Origin: Paraspadella gotoi
Taxonomy: Eukaryota; Animalia; Chaetognatha
Assembly: GCA_051294375.1 (NCBI GenBank)
Contig: CM119268.1
Location: forward strand, 21,720,010-21,784,009
Length of the DNA: 64,000 nucleotides
Direction of reading: 5' to 3'
Positions 12,663 through 25,952 of the stretch are shown here, piece by piece (the stretch's first letter is position 1; every line of letters begins with the position of its first letter). Made by a program: the position numbers and the translations under genes. A model generated the notes under the pieces. The model was given only the letters and a program-made list of their open reading frames with translations. It had not been told where the DNA came from and did no database searches.

Positions 12663-14513
12663 CTGCACCATGGCCAAAAATAGCAGCGGGAACGCCCCCC
12701 CATGAACGTCTAGAATGTCCAGGATGTAATAGCCGATCTGCGTCATGCAAGGGAGACCGCAGATGAAGCAAGAGACGCAGAGCCCCGCCCACACGACCGT
12801 GTGATACTTTTGGAAGACGGCGAACCGGGCCTGAGAGGAAAGAGAGGAAGAAAGAGAGAAATTGCAGCATTGGAGGCAAATTAGCAAAGGCTTTTTTCCT
12901 TCTTCCACCTGCAACGAAACGACGAGCGTTTCCAAGAGTTCGAACTGGCAATCCAACCCCAAGAGAAATAGGACGAAGAAGAAGCAAAAGGCCCAGAAGG
13001 AATTGGTGGGCAGCGACTTGAAGGCGACGGGGTAAGTGATGAAGACGAGACCCGCCCCGCCCCTCGCCGCCATCTCCAACTTGGGGGCGTTGAGGATGAA
13101 CTTGAGGTGACCCAGAGCGGAGAAGGTGACCACACCAGCGATGAAGGAGGTCACGCAGTCGAGGAAGGAAAGGAGGAAGACCTTGGGGGAAGGAAAGGGG
13201 AGAAGGGGAAGGAGGAAAAAGAAAAGGGAGAAGGAAGAGGTATGAGGATAGAGGAAGGGGGAAAGGAAAGGGGGAGAGAAGGAGGGGAAAGAGAAAAAGA
13301 GAAAGGGGAGATAAGAAAGAGAGGGAAGAGGAAAAGAAAATGGGAGAAGAAAGAGGGTGAGGATAGAGAAGAGAGGAAGAGCAAGAGAGAATGGAAGAAG
13401 GAAGAGGGCAGAGTAGAGGAAGAGAGGGAAGAGGAAAGAAATGGGAAGGAAGAGGGAGGATAGAGGAAGAGGGGAAGAGAAAGGGAGGGGGAAGAGGGAA
13501 AAAGAAGGAGAAGGAATAGGGGGAATAGAGAGAGGGAGAGATGAACAGAAAGATGGGAGAAGGAAGAGAGGAGTAGAGGAAGATGGAAAGGAAGGAGAAG
13601 GAAGAGGGGGAGGATAGCAGAAGAGGGAGAGAAAAACGAAAAAACTAATCAGAGTAATGGTCAAAAATGCTGAAATGAAACTGATATGTCATACAACGAT
13701 TATCAGAGGAGCATTCACAGAAAACCCTCCCGTCCTAAAGTATACCTGTTTCTGTAACTTGTCTTTTGGGCTGCAATCGAATGATGACCAAAGATGATAC
13801 ATCGATCCAGAGTGCGACGGCCGTGGAAAAAGAAAACCTTTACAATATTATTTATAATGTTAATAATACTATGAATACGGATAATAAATATACAGTAAAT
13901 AGGGAGTTGAGAAAGATTTCTATATTTCCTTTTTACAATCGGGTTTTAAATGGTAATTTAGAAGACATTTGTTCAATTATTCATTACAAAGACGTAAGCT
14001 CCCGGTTATTAAATAAATTAACATTTATTTTGTGTCATTCGCGATCGTCCTCGGGGTAAAACCCTGTAATCACTTCGTCCCCCCTTCCTTTGGGCTTGCC
14101 GTGTGACGGCGTCACGCCAAATCTCTATTCCTTCATTTTTGAAAATCAGAATCAAAATTTCCTTGATTCGCTTCTTTTTGATCCTTCGAGGAAAGACTTC
14201 CGGTCACAGGCGATCAGAATTATGTAAGGGAATGACGGAGTAAAGTAGACCACTTTGCGGAAGTAGCTGTGAGAGGAAGAGACGAGAGAGAGAGAGAGAG
14301 AGGGAAAAAGAAAGAAAGAAATGAAATTTCCTCATTCACAGTCAAAATCCGAATCATCGATTCTCACGTGAAAAACTTAGAGAAGTAAATAAAGACGATG
14401 ACCCAAGCGATTGTGAAAGCTGTGAGAAGCGCGGTTTGGAATTCACCGACGATGGCGACGTCGTAGCTCCAGTGAAGAACGTGATTGAACCAATAGTCTT
14501 GGTGGAGTATCTG

Positions 14514-14552
<39 letters not shown>

Positions 14553-16297
14553 CTAAGTGTTATTTTACAAAAATTGTTTGAGTTTAGTTGAGTCAATTTG
14601 AGTCTATCTCTCTCTCTCTCTCCCTAATCTCAAACCTAATCTCTCTCAGAATTCAAAATGAAACAAGGCGTTTTGAGAAAATAAAGCCTCAAAAAGAAAA
14701 AAAAAATCCCACCTGGGATAAGAGTCGTTGATGTAAATTCCCTGATGATGACCGTAGAAATCGTGACATGAGGCCCCGTGGCCGTGTGCCGCTTCGGCTG
14801 CCGCAGCCCCCATGGTCGGAGAAGAGGTTGAGGGCGGGGCGATGTGAGAGACGGGGGCGGGCGGCGTCGTGGGCGGAAGTTGGCGTCGGCGGCGGTGGCT
14901 GCCGGGGACTGGGGAGTTGATATGGAAGGGATGGTTAGGTGAGATATTCTAAACTCGTCTCTGATCTCTATCCTCGATCTATCCATACTCCTTACAACCC
15001 ACCCACCGACTCACTTCCGGCGCAGGACCGCGCAGACGGCGAGTGCCCTCTGTCGTAATCCCACGTGACTAATCCGTGTTCCCCTTCCGTGTTCGCGCTC
15101 CAATTCCGGTTAAACCTGAGGTCGTCGGTGCACATTGCGCCCGAGCTCCAGACTTGGTTGTCGCAGTTGAAGTAAGGGAGGGTAGCGTTTACGGACTGGG
15201 ATGATAGGGGAAGGGAGGATAGAGTGAGGTTAGGGGAAGGGAGGATAGAGCATAGGATAGGATAGGAGATGGTCGAAATTGGTGAATATATATGAGAATA
15301 GATAGAATACAAATTTATCAAATCTTAATCAGAATACGACAATATGCAAATGAGATTGAAGAACTCAATCTCGTTTGAAATGATCCACATATTAATCTGC
15401 TACAAATCGATTAAGTTTTTTTGTAGAAAGAGAGAAAACCTTTGATTTACATTTATAAAACAAAACAATATTAAAAAATAATTCTTAATAAGGTTAAGTT
15501 TGTTCGACCCGCGTTTTTTTTAACTGACGGAGTCTTTAAAAATTTGGATGAGCGATTTTATTTTCTTTCTTATATAACAACAGACAGAATCTCCACTTTT
15601 AAGATTGGGGGTGTCGCGTGATCTGATTATCGAGAAGGTAAGGTGTCTGGGACAGTTTCTGAGTCTTAGGACTCGACTAAGTTAATTCCTGATGTAATTA
15701 GACTCATTTTAACAATAATGTAACCCGTATGTGACTTTGGATCGAGTGAGACTCACGCTGTAAAGATAAAAGAGCGTATAGGTGAGGACGATGTTGTGAT
15801 AAACTGCGTTGACGAAGGATGTCCAACACATCGCGATGCCGAGACCGCGAAAGAGACGGACGACGCTGCGAGTCACTTGGGTCGGGCCTGGAATACGGGC
15901 AATTAATCAAATCATTAAATAAATTAATCGATAAATCACCCAGCCAATCAATAACGCAATCAATCAACAGATCAATAACTCGGCCGATCCATAAAAAAAA
16001 CCAATCGATGAATTATTCAATCTGGCAACAAAAAAAAATCCCTAATAAATTAATTGATAAGTTAATCAATAACTATGCCGATAAAAAAATGTACATCAAT
16101 CATTTTTAATCAATCAATCAGTTTATGACCGACCTTTCTTAATGATCTGACCCAATAACAACTCCATATAGCAAAGGGGATCCCTGACCAGCCAGGCGCA
16201 AATCAAGCAGGCGAGAAAGAATGTCCCGCCTCCGTAGTGTTCGGCAACGTAGGGAAAGCGCCAGATGTTGCCGAGGTTAATGGCTAAAAGGGTTGAT

Positions 16298-16371
<74 letters not shown>

Positions 16372-16452
16372 TTCTATTTATTTATTTATTTATTTATTTA
16401 TTTATTTTATTTATTTATTTATTTTATTTATTTATTTATTTATTTATTTATT

Positions 16453-16491
<39 letters not shown>

Positions 16492-17148
16492 TTATTTATT
16501 TATTATTTTATTATTTATTTATTTATTTATTTATTATTTATTTATTTATTTATTTATTTATTATTTATTTATTCTCTTATTTATTTATTTATTTATTATA
16601 TTTATTTATTTATTTATTTATTTATTTATCTTTTTTTTTTAATTATGCTCAAAATGTCGTGGGTACTACCAATTTTAAATAAATAAGCAAATAACAATAA
16701 AAATTAGCAATGTACAAAAGTTTGCAGGAGTAGAAGGTAGATGTCGTGATGGAGTAAAGGGAGGATTTGATGGGGTAAAGGGATGGAGAAGATTCCTTCA
16801 AGGCTTTTCCGCCTCTTATCTTTCCTTATAGATCCTACTTTTCCCTTCCTCCCTCTCTCCCTCCACTCTGCCTTACTCTCCCTCTTTCTCTTTCCCTCCC
16901 TCTCTCCCTCCACCCTGCCTTACCCTCCCTTCTCTTTCTCTTACCCTCCCTATCTCCCTCCGCCATGCCTTACCCTGCCTGACAGTCTGCAGGAAGTAAG
17001 TCGAGCTTTCCTTCTCTCCCTCTTCCTCTTCCTTCTCTCCCACGTCGTCAGGGTGAGGTTCCAAGTGAAACGCGCGTCGAATCGTTTTTCGAAAATTTCG
17101 TCGCGAAAAATAATTGTCGCGTTTTTGGGTCGTCCCTTTTTTAGCCAT
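12663..17148 (-). CDS. SLC6 sodium:neurotransmitter/amino-acid symporter, exons 1-10 (TM1-TM10)
   Basis: Exons 17148-16974, 16283-16134 (AINLGNIWRFPYVAEHYGGG..MELLLGQ), 15887-15757 (LFRGLGIA..YHN..YLYS), 15195-15015 (LPYFNC), ~14815-14714, 14510-14368 (QDYWFNHVL..AWVIVF), 14266-~14100 (KVVYFT..FPY..IWRDAVT), ~13837-13746 (VFF), 13181-12909 (DCVTSFIAG..GAGLVFITYP..LGLDCQF), 12830-12663. Phases mostly match; a few indels. Confidence 0.95.
16295..16630. repeat. (ATTT)n microsatellite in SLC6 intron 1
   Basis: Seen directly; a similar tract lies at 18805-19310. Confidence 0.97.
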
Positions 17149-17993
17149 CGTGTATTTCGTTTCTTTGTTTGTTAGTTTTTTTTAATTTATTTATTTGTTT
17201 GTTTTTTTTTTTGTTCGATGGATTTCATAAAAGAATTAATTTGTTTCAAAATTTTATTTAGTTTTTTTTTATCTTCTCGTAAAAAAAATTTTTAATTATT
17301 TTTTATTTACACTATGATTTGGCTACTTTTTCCCCGATGTTCAGGTATTGAATGGTATTGAATGATTTAAAAAAGAATCAACTTTAAAGATATTTAATAC
17401 GTGATCTAACTATAGAAATAACTTGTTAAGTACAAAATCAGAAAGAAAAAATAAAAAAATAACCAAAAATTTTGGAGGAAAAAAGCAAAAAAAAAAAAAA
17501 NNNNNNNNNNNNNNNNNNNNNNNNNNNNNNNNNNNNNNNNNNNNNNNNNNNNNNNNNNNNNNNNNNNNNNNNNNNNNNNNNNNNNNNNNNNNNNNNNNNN
17601 NNNNNNNNNNNNNNNNNNNNNNNNNNNNNNNNNNNNNNNNNNNNNNNNNNNNNNNNNNNNNNNNNNNNNNNNNNNNNNNNNTTCTCTCTGATCTTTTGTT
17701 TCGTATTTTTTGCTCTTTTGTTTTTTTTTCGGTTTCGATCTGAGATGAAATCCGGGAATCCGATTGTCATTGTTGTTGTTGTTGTTATTTTTTTGATCGA
17801 TGTCGTCGTTGTTGTTGTTGTTCGATCGTCGATTTCGTCGTCGTTATAACCTGATGTATTTTCTTTCTGTTTTGTCTGTTTCGTGTGTTTCGTGATTTCC
17901 GTCTTCGGTTGAGCTTCAACTCCATCTTAGTCTTCATTACGTAGTTTATAGTAAATCAATTTAACGTCTTTTTTATTACTATCGTCGTTTTCT

Positions 17994-18075
<82 letters not shown>

Positions 18076-18726
18076 CTCTCCCTCTCGTCTCCGCTCTCTC
18101 TCTCTCTCTCTCTCTCGCCCCCGTCATTATCTTCTCAAGACGTCATCTTTCTTTTTGAGAAAAAAAATTAATAAAGAATTAATGAAGAATTAATAAGGGA
18201 TTAGTAAAACCTGATAAGCTATTAATAACGTATTGGTTGGAGAAAGTTCGGTAACTACGCAAAAGAAAACAAAAAGAAAATAATTTAAGTTTTAGGAAAT
18301 AAAGAAAAAGTTCATCTAAGATTCAAATCTAAATAATCCGTTTAATTCCATGAATGTTTTGAATATGATTAAATTATTAATATAATATTTATAAAATTCT
18401 TTCGACTCTTAAGAGGTCAGTTGTACCTAGTCATGACGCAATTCATAATTTATTCTTAGTTCGTAAATGAAAATAATGACGCATGTTTTATCAACTGACG
18501 CAATTTAATTTCAATTTGTTTAATAAGATTATTTTGCCGAAATTTATGCTGATTTTTTCATTCTTTCTATTTTTTTGAGGACGAACACACGCGGATCTCT
18601 CTCTCTCTCTCTCCCTCTCTCTCTTTGTCTCTCCCTGGTGTTACTCACAAAAAAAGACTTAATTGAAAATAAAATAAGTATAATAATGTAAAATAAATAA
18701 AATTTACAAACTATCTTTTCCTTCAG

Positions 18727-19172
18727 CGAGGCGACGACAGCGACAGCGCAGATTTTGAAGCCTTCGAGATGCACAAAATCGTCATTTCCCCTCTTCAACA
18801 GGTATGTATTTATTTATTTTCTATTTGATTTATTATTTGATTTATTTATTTATTTATATTTATTTATTTATTTATTTATTTTTATTTATATTATATTTAT
18901 TTAATTCTATTTTATTTATTTATTTATATTTATTTATTATTTATTTATTTATTATTTTAATTTATTTATTTATTTTATTTATTTATTTATTTGTTTATTT
19001 ATTTATTTATTATTAATTTATTTTTATTTAGTTATTATATTTATTTATCTATTTATTTGTTTTATGTTTTATTTTTTATATTGTATTTATCTAGTTATTT
19101 ATTTTATTTATCTTATTTATTGTTTATTTACTTATTTATTATTTATTTATTCTATTTATTTGTTATTTATTT

Positions 19173-19212
<40 letters not shown>

Positions 19213-19347
19213 TTCTTTATTCATTCATTCATTCTTAAATTCATTTAGTCATTCATTCTTTATATCAATTATAAATTTATTTAATTTTTATTTATTTATT
19301 AATTTATTTATTTACCCTTTATTAAGTTATGTGTATATTTTTTCTTT

Positions 19348-19407
<60 letters not shown>

Positions 19408-19580
19408 ATTCCTCCCTTCTCCCCACGAATGCTCTTTTGTCTTTTCAGGAGCCTTTTTTCTCCGCCGATGACGTCATCAGCGAGATCGACGCCATGATGG
19501 ACGACGACGGCGACGAAGACGACGACAACGACGACGAAAGCATCCAATCGTCTGAACCGGGATCGCCCTCTGACGAGAAG
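18727..19580 (+). CDS. unc-76: FEZ1/UNC-76 middle exons
   Basis: Exons 18727-18801 (DFEAFEMHKIVISPLQQ) and 19449-19580 (EPFFSADDVISEIDAMM), both phase 0. They match the FEZ motif LDMH..I...EPL.TA.QVI.EI..MM. Confidence 0.88.
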
Positions 19581-20059
19581 GTCAATTATTATTTAAAACT
19601 GTCGTTACTTTTTAAATCATCGCTAAATATTTTTTTTCAATAATCGAATCATTTTAAAAGCGACTCTTATAATAATTATTTTTTATAAAAAGAATTTGCG
19701 TTGTTTTTTTCTTCTTTCATCAATTACTTTTCTATTTCAATTTTTATCTTCCTCCTCCTCCTCTTCTTCTTCTTCTTCCTCCTCCTCCTTTCCTTTCTCC
19801 TCCTCCTCTTCTTCTTCCTCCTGCTCCTCCTCTTCATTTTTTGTTATTTTGTTCTTTCCTCTTTTTTGACGACGCAAAACAATAAATGACGAGAGCGATT
19901 TCGAAAACTAAAAAATTAAATAATCAAAAATTAAATAATAAATCAATCAATCTGGTAATTTTTATAATAAAATGAAAAATACAAAATGAGTATTGTCTAT
20001 TTGGACATTCTTACTCTTATGATAACTTCGTAGACGAACCTGGTTAAAATTGGTAAACC

Positions 20060-20240
20060 ATGAGGCAGTGGTTAAGCATGAGGCAACGCCATCATTTCAT
20101 GACCACGTGGTCCCGCGTTCCATGCCCACCCGCTACTTTCCCGACGGGAATTGTGAGGAAAACCACAAAACAGCCCTGATGTGACCCCGGTTTAAAGCCT
20201 TCAGGAGACCCCGGTTCAAAAGCCCAGAACCAAATAAATT
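20060..20240 (+). mobile_element. Possible tRNA-derived SINE remnant
   Basis: A-box-like GGCAGTGGTTAAG and B-box-like GTTCCATGCC followed by an A-rich end. Weak. Confidence 0.25.
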
Positions 20241-20274
20241 GCGGCCGACAGAATGACCGAAAAGAAAACCGAAA

Positions 20275-21055
20275 AGACGGCCGACAACGACTTATCGACG
20301 GCCGACAACGACTTAACAGCGGGAGAGATTATCGTATGAGGTTACAAGGAGACAACGACTTAAGGCGACACGTTATCGCGGGGACAACGCGACTTACAGC
20401 GACCGACACGACTTATCGATGGCCGAGCACGACTTACAGCACGACGGCGACAACGACTTTAACAGCCTAGCACGGCGACACGACTTATCGGACGGCCGAC
20501 AACCGGACTTACCAGGACCGGCCCGACAAATGACTTACCGACGAAGCGCAAGACATTACCGACGACAGGCGACACAACGTATAAGCGGACCGAATCAACC
20601 AGCATCTCACGCTGGACGGCCGATAACGAACTTAACAGCGGCCGACACGACTTAATCGACGGCATCGACACTACAGCGCCGACAACGACTTAGCCGACGG
20701 CCAACAACCTTACCGGACGTGTGCAACAACGACTTAACAGCGGCCGACAACGACTTACCGACGGCCGCAACAACGACTTACCGACGGCCGATAACGACTT
20801 AACAGCAGCCGAAAACGACTAATTGATAGCCGACAACGACTTACCAATGGCCGACAATGACTTACCGACGGGCAACAACGTCTTACCGATGGCCGACTAC
20901 ACGACTTACCGACAGCGCGACAACGACTTACCGATGGCTGACAACGACTTATCGACCGGTCGACCAAGACTTACCGACAGCCAACAACGACTTAACAGCG
21001 GGCCTAAAATGACTTATCGACGGCCGACTACGACTTAACAACGACTTACCGACGA
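20275..21055. repeat. 21-bp minisatellite (CGACAACGACTTACCGACGGC), roughly 35 degenerate copies
   Basis: Tandem units seen directly. On the minus strand the unit contains CG|GTAAGT and the array begins at the exon donor at 21049. Confidence 0.93.
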
Positions 21056-21180
21056 AAAGCGTAAAGACGAGAAGAATGAAGAAGGCGATGTTGAGTCCGT
21101 AGCTGATCGGAACCTCGGTCCAGAGTTTGAAGCCACATCCCTCTAGGTCTGAGAAAGATAGAGAAATTCACTCTCTCTCA

Positions 21181-21217
<37 letters not shown>

Positions 21218-23581
21218 ACGATTCTTAATTCAGAATCGTTCCCACTGAAGAACAGTGAACCAAAGACAGTCGGGTTCTGTGCGGATGTGAAGTTAATCGC
21301 CGGATCGAATTTCTTCAGATCGAATTTTCGATCGGAATTTCCGTCCAAATCGAAAGACGTTTTGTAATCCTGTGAGAAGCGATAGTTGTTCAATGTCCAG
21401 CCCGAAAAAAGTATTTAATCTATTGTCACGTTTTATTTTCTTTATTCTTTTTCTAAACTCATTATTTGTCAAATTAAATATCAAATAATGTTCTTATCTA
21501 GCTTATCTAGATAGTAAAGCGTAGCAAAAATAATAAAATCAAGTAGAAACAAAATTAGAATAGTAGATCATGAACAGGCTTGTACCTGTGAAAAAAAAAA
21601 ATTTATTTTTCAATTTACGCATATTTATACGTAGTACTCACCATAGGAAATGTCAAAATTTTAAAATTTTTTTTTCTTATTTTAAAAAAAAAGATTCGAA
21701 TTCCTCACGAAAAGTTGAAATATAACTCTTTTTAAAAAATTATTTTATTAAGTGGGTCAAAATCCTAAAAAAACTATTATTATTAACCTATAATTAAATT
21801 TTAGTATAAAAAATATAGTTTTTAAAATTGTTAGCTAATTTTTGATTAAGACTTATATTTTCTTTTATTAACTTTTTATGAGGAATTCGAATCTGCTTTC
21901 AAAACTAAGAAAACATAATTTTAAAATTTTAACATTTTCTATGGTAAGTACTAAGTACTATGTATAAATATGGGCTTATGCGAAAATTGAGAAATTTTTT
22001 TAAAAAAATTTTATATATCAATGTTCTTTAGTCCAAGACTGTTCATGATTAACTATTTAAATTTTGATCTGCAACTTTCACTACGCCTTACTAGACAGTG
22101 TTAGGTAATGTTAGACCTTCCCCGATTTTATTATGATCTAGACTGACTCCTAAGATCCATTTCATACACGTTTCCTTTTTCCTGATAGTTTTTTGACCTG
22201 GTATACCGTTTGCTCCTCCCAAATATTGTTCTGACTTAAAAAAAAACGACTCACTAGACAAAGTTCCATCGAGTTTGACATTTCCCAGTTTATCTTTTGA
22301 TTTATGACTTTTCCAAAGCAGCATTCTGAAAAACTTGCCTGACCCGTAATTCCGGCCCTTGCCATTGCTTGTTTTGAAACCTATTCTCGCTCGCGAGACC
22401 CAGTCCTGTCATGTTTGGCCAGACTATACTCGCCTGACATGTTTGACCTGACTATACTCGCCTGACATGTTTGACCTGACTATACTCGCCTGACATGTTT
22501 GACCTGACTCCACTCGCCTGACATGTTTGACCTGACTATACTCGCCTGACATGTTGACCTGACTTACTCGCGCGCTGAACATGGTTTGACCTGACTATAC
22601 TCGCCCTGAACATGTTTGACCTGACTATACTCGCCTGACATTGATCCGACCCGACTGCGTCAATGGGCATCGGGATGTTGAGCTTCGTCTCGCAATTCTC
22701 CCGCGTGAAGTTGGAGGCGTCGATCGGTTGGACGGGCAAATCGGCGATTTTGAGGCACTCGTCGACGAGCGATTGGGCTGTTAAGAGGAGGAGGATGAAG
22801 AGGAGGACAACAACGAATGTACATATCAGATGTGTGAGGATTAATTTGGCTTTTGAAGGATAAAAAGAGTTAGGAATGCAAATTTAATGTTTTAAGCACC
22901 ATATGGAACCTGGTACAAAACAGAAAGCCCTCTACTTTGTCCGGTTTTTTAAAAAAATTACAATAGACGAGTCCTACTATAAGAGTTACTACTACTAGAG
23001 CTGCGTTTACTGTTATTTTAGGACCATTTAGCTCGCTTACAGCTACTTTGAAAAGGATAGAGTGAAGTTCAAAGCCAAAAACCGGAACCTCAGAGAATTT
23101 AAAAATCAGAAAACTTGAAAAAGCGATCTGAACTTTTTCTTGCTACTGGGGGCAATGATTTTGCAATATGATTTTGCAATAGGATGAGGGATGAGAGAAG
23201 CGGGTACTCAAAAAAAAATTATTAATTGTGATTATTTTGGCAGGTTAATGAAAATTGTATTCAAATCCGTCACAGAGCTAAGAAAATTCTTTTGAGTTTG
23301 GTTCCCGTGGATCTCCTTGTAATTCTTTATTAAAATCTATTACATTTGTTTCGTTGTTTTTTTTCACAAAAGTTTTCTTTCATATCTTACAAAAAAGGAC
23401 CGGGGTATTTAAAAAAAAACAATGATCTCGATAATAATTAAAAACAGCCTAACTGCATCGCTGACTGACTGACTTATTGACGCCAGCAATCTCACCTATT
23501 GTGCAGACGGGCGGCATGCTGTTCTCGATCTTCAGCATTGCATCCCAAATTTCTTTGAAAGTGAAACATCCAGGGTTGCAC
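21050..23581 (-). CDS. Tetraspanin-like gene, 3' exons (rest of EC2 and TM4)
   Basis: Exons 23581-23496 (CNPGCF..PPVCTI), 22777-22656, 22380-22255 (FSECCFG), 21369-21216 and 21148-21050 (DLEGCGFKLWTEVPISYGLNIAFFILLVFTLFV). Phases match and the canonical GC precedes TM4. A possible extra exon lies at about 22197-22150 and a possible last exon at about 20039-19997. Confidence 0.8.
21515..22090. mobile_element. Palindromic MITE (hAT-like)
   Basis: Termini TAAAGCGTAG...CTACGCCTTA with long internal inverted symmetry. The 8-bp TSD is CTAGATAG/CTAGACAG (one mismatch). Confidence 0.8.
22410..22650. repeat. 28-bp minisatellite (GTTTGACCTGACTATACTCGCCTGACAT), about 8 copies, filling a tetraspanin intron
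   Basis: Tandem units seen directly, starting at the donor at 22655. Confidence 0.93.
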
Positions 23582-25249
23582 CTTTTAAAGATATGTACAG
23601 TTTGTTCCGTCTCTCTNNNNNNNNNNNNNNNNNNNNNNNNNAAGAGAGAGTATAATATTGTGTTTGCTTTAATGTAATTATTTTATTCTTTTTTCTTCTC
23701 TTCTTTTCAATGATTCTGTGGTTCTGATCTTTTGTTTTCTTGTACTAAATTAACTTTGTTTCATTTCTTTTAAAAATAACTAAATAAATTAAAACTATTA
23801 AATATCAGATTTATGGAGTGCATTTATAACACCAAACATAACTATGAACTGAAATTAACGATTTACAGCTAACCAAAGATAACAAGAATCAACAACAACA
23901 TAGAACTACACACACCAACAACAACCCAGACCTTCCTGCTTCGATCTCGCTCAATAACTTTCTCAACGCCTTCGTCTACGTCGGCAATTCCATGTCTTCA
24001 GCCGCCGGGCGTCGCTCAGCCGCGCCGCCTCTGAGCAGTCGTCAGCCAGCGACATGAAGCTGGCGCCGATAGCAGGCGGCCAGCGGCAGTGGACGGGAGT
24101 CGTCGACCGGCTGTCCGATGGCGTGCGCGCTGAGTGAGAGGGGGGAGGGGAGAGTAGGAAAGGAGTGAGAGAGGGGTAGGTGGGTAGAGAGAGAGGAGGG
24201 AGAGAAGGGAAGGGGGAGAGAGGGAGAGAGAGTGGGAGGGAGAGTAGGAGAATGGAGTGAGAGAGGGGCATAGGGTGGTGTTAGAGGAGAGAGGAGGGAG
24301 AGAAGGGGAAGAGGGGAGAGCGAGGAGATGGTGGGGAGGGAGAGTAGGAAGGAGTGAGAGAGGGGAGGGGTGGGTAGAGAGAGAGGAGGGAGAGAAGGGA
24401 AGTGGGGTAGAGAGGGAGAGAGATGTGAGGAGGGAGAGGGGGGAGGGAGAGAAGGGAATAAGGGAAAGAAGGGAGAGAAGGGAAAGAAGGGAGAGAAGGA
24501 AGAGAAGGGAAAGAAGGAATAGAAGGGAGAGAAGGGAGAAGAGAGCGGGAGGGAGAGGGGAGAGAAGGCGGAGAGAAGGAAGAAGGGAGTAGAAGGTAAA
24601 GAAGGGAGAGAGAGTGGGAGGGAGAGTGGAGAGAGGGGATAGAAGGGAAAGAAGGGAGAGAGGGGGCTAGGATGGATGAGGATGGGGTTATTCTTATTAA
24701 AAGTTAATACACTAAAAATATTTTTAAAATTTATATCAATTAACTAATTAATTTTAATTTAAAAATTGGTGAAAAAATATTTCATTAAGTAGGTTTTAAA
24801 TTTAAAAATAAACTATGTTTAGAAATGAAAATAAAAATTTGAAATATGAAAGAAATAACTATTGCAAATTTAAAATAACATTACAAAAAGGATTAAATAT
24901 TAATCTTATTCTTTAGCCACCGCGTTAAATTAGATTAATTAATTCAAATAGTTAAATAAAATTCATAGTTGTGACTAAAAAAGTGGCACGAGTTACTAAT
25001 GGCAAACCGATCCACCCGCGCCTCCATATATCCTCAGCGTGGCGTCAACAAAGGCTGAGATGGGGCCCGAAATTGTTCCTTTCCGACGCCGCGAAGTGAG
25101 TCCGGCCGTCTCAGCCGGCGTCATTAACGGCGTCGGCGTCGGCGCGAAGACCAGCGTCCGGTACGGAGAGCGGCGCCCTTTCCGCGCGGCTGCGTTGGTG
25201 GAGGCAGTGGCGCCGCGGAATCGTCGCTCGCCTGGTCGGGGGGGGAAGG

Positions 25250-25487
25250 GGTGGAATGGGGGAAAGTGGGGATTGGGGAAGTGGGGATTGGGGAAATGTG
25301 GGGATTGGGTAGTGGGGGATTGGGGAAGGTGGGGGTTGGGGTAAGTGGGGATGGGGAAAGTGGGGATTGGGGAGTGGGGATTGGGGAAAGTTGGGGATTT
25401 TGGGGGTATAGTGGGGGATTGGGGAAAAGTGGGGATTGGGGAAAGGGGGGATTGGGGAGATGGGGGATTGGGAAGTGGGGATTGCCG
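25250..25487 (+). repeat. G-rich (GGGGATT/GGGGAAAGT)n tract with G-quadruplex potential; mirror at 49730-49950
   Basis: Seen directly; intronic, next to an ankyrin exon acceptor. Confidence 0.85.
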
Positions 25488-25952
25488 TGAGTTTTTATAT
25501 TAAGTAAGTCAGTTTATGAACTCACCCTCAATGTATACATATTGTATATTCACACGCCAACCCCGTCATGTCTTATGCTACCCGACGCCACGCTAAGCTT
25601 TCTCCAAGTTTCATTACGAGTTTTTTAAACTTCTTCGTTTTCCGCGCTACGACGGCGTCTGAACAGCGGTCGGTCGTCTTTGGCGCTTAAAATCAGGCGG
25701 AACAAGTCAGGCTTTTGATATGAAGTTGGAATTGGGCGGAAATTATCGTGCGACAGATGGACCAAGACAGATTTACGCTATTATAGGTTAGCACGCGATA
25801 GATTGTTCAGCAACTGTTCTTATTACCCAGGCCTAACTTAGGCTTTTAATCCTAAGAAAACAGTATTATTATTGTAGCAGTGTACCTACAATAATGAGCC
25901 ACGGCAATAATCAAATACTGAAAGCACTATGCCAGTATTCAGTAATGCACGG

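Noticed and set aside
12390-13664. 424-aa ORF as one protein
   Set aside because: The N-terminal half is a translated purine/pyrimidine intron tract; only 13181-12909 and 12830-12663 are SLC6 exons.
13746-14815. SLC6 frameshifts as pseudogenisation
   Set aside because: The indels resemble the long-read error pattern seen across the window while splice sites and motifs are retained; this cannot be called without polished reads.
16265-19471. YLFI-repeat hydrophobic ORFs
   Set aside because: They are translations of (ATTT)n microsatellites.
20275-22650. 21-bp and 28-bp arrays as CRISPR
   Set aside because: Head-to-tail units with no unique spacers, no cas genes, and a eukaryotic intron context.
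25250-25487. G-rich tract as an interstitial telomere or a Gly-Trp protein
   Set aside because: Irregular units, not TTAGGG/TTAGG; it is an intronic simple repeat.
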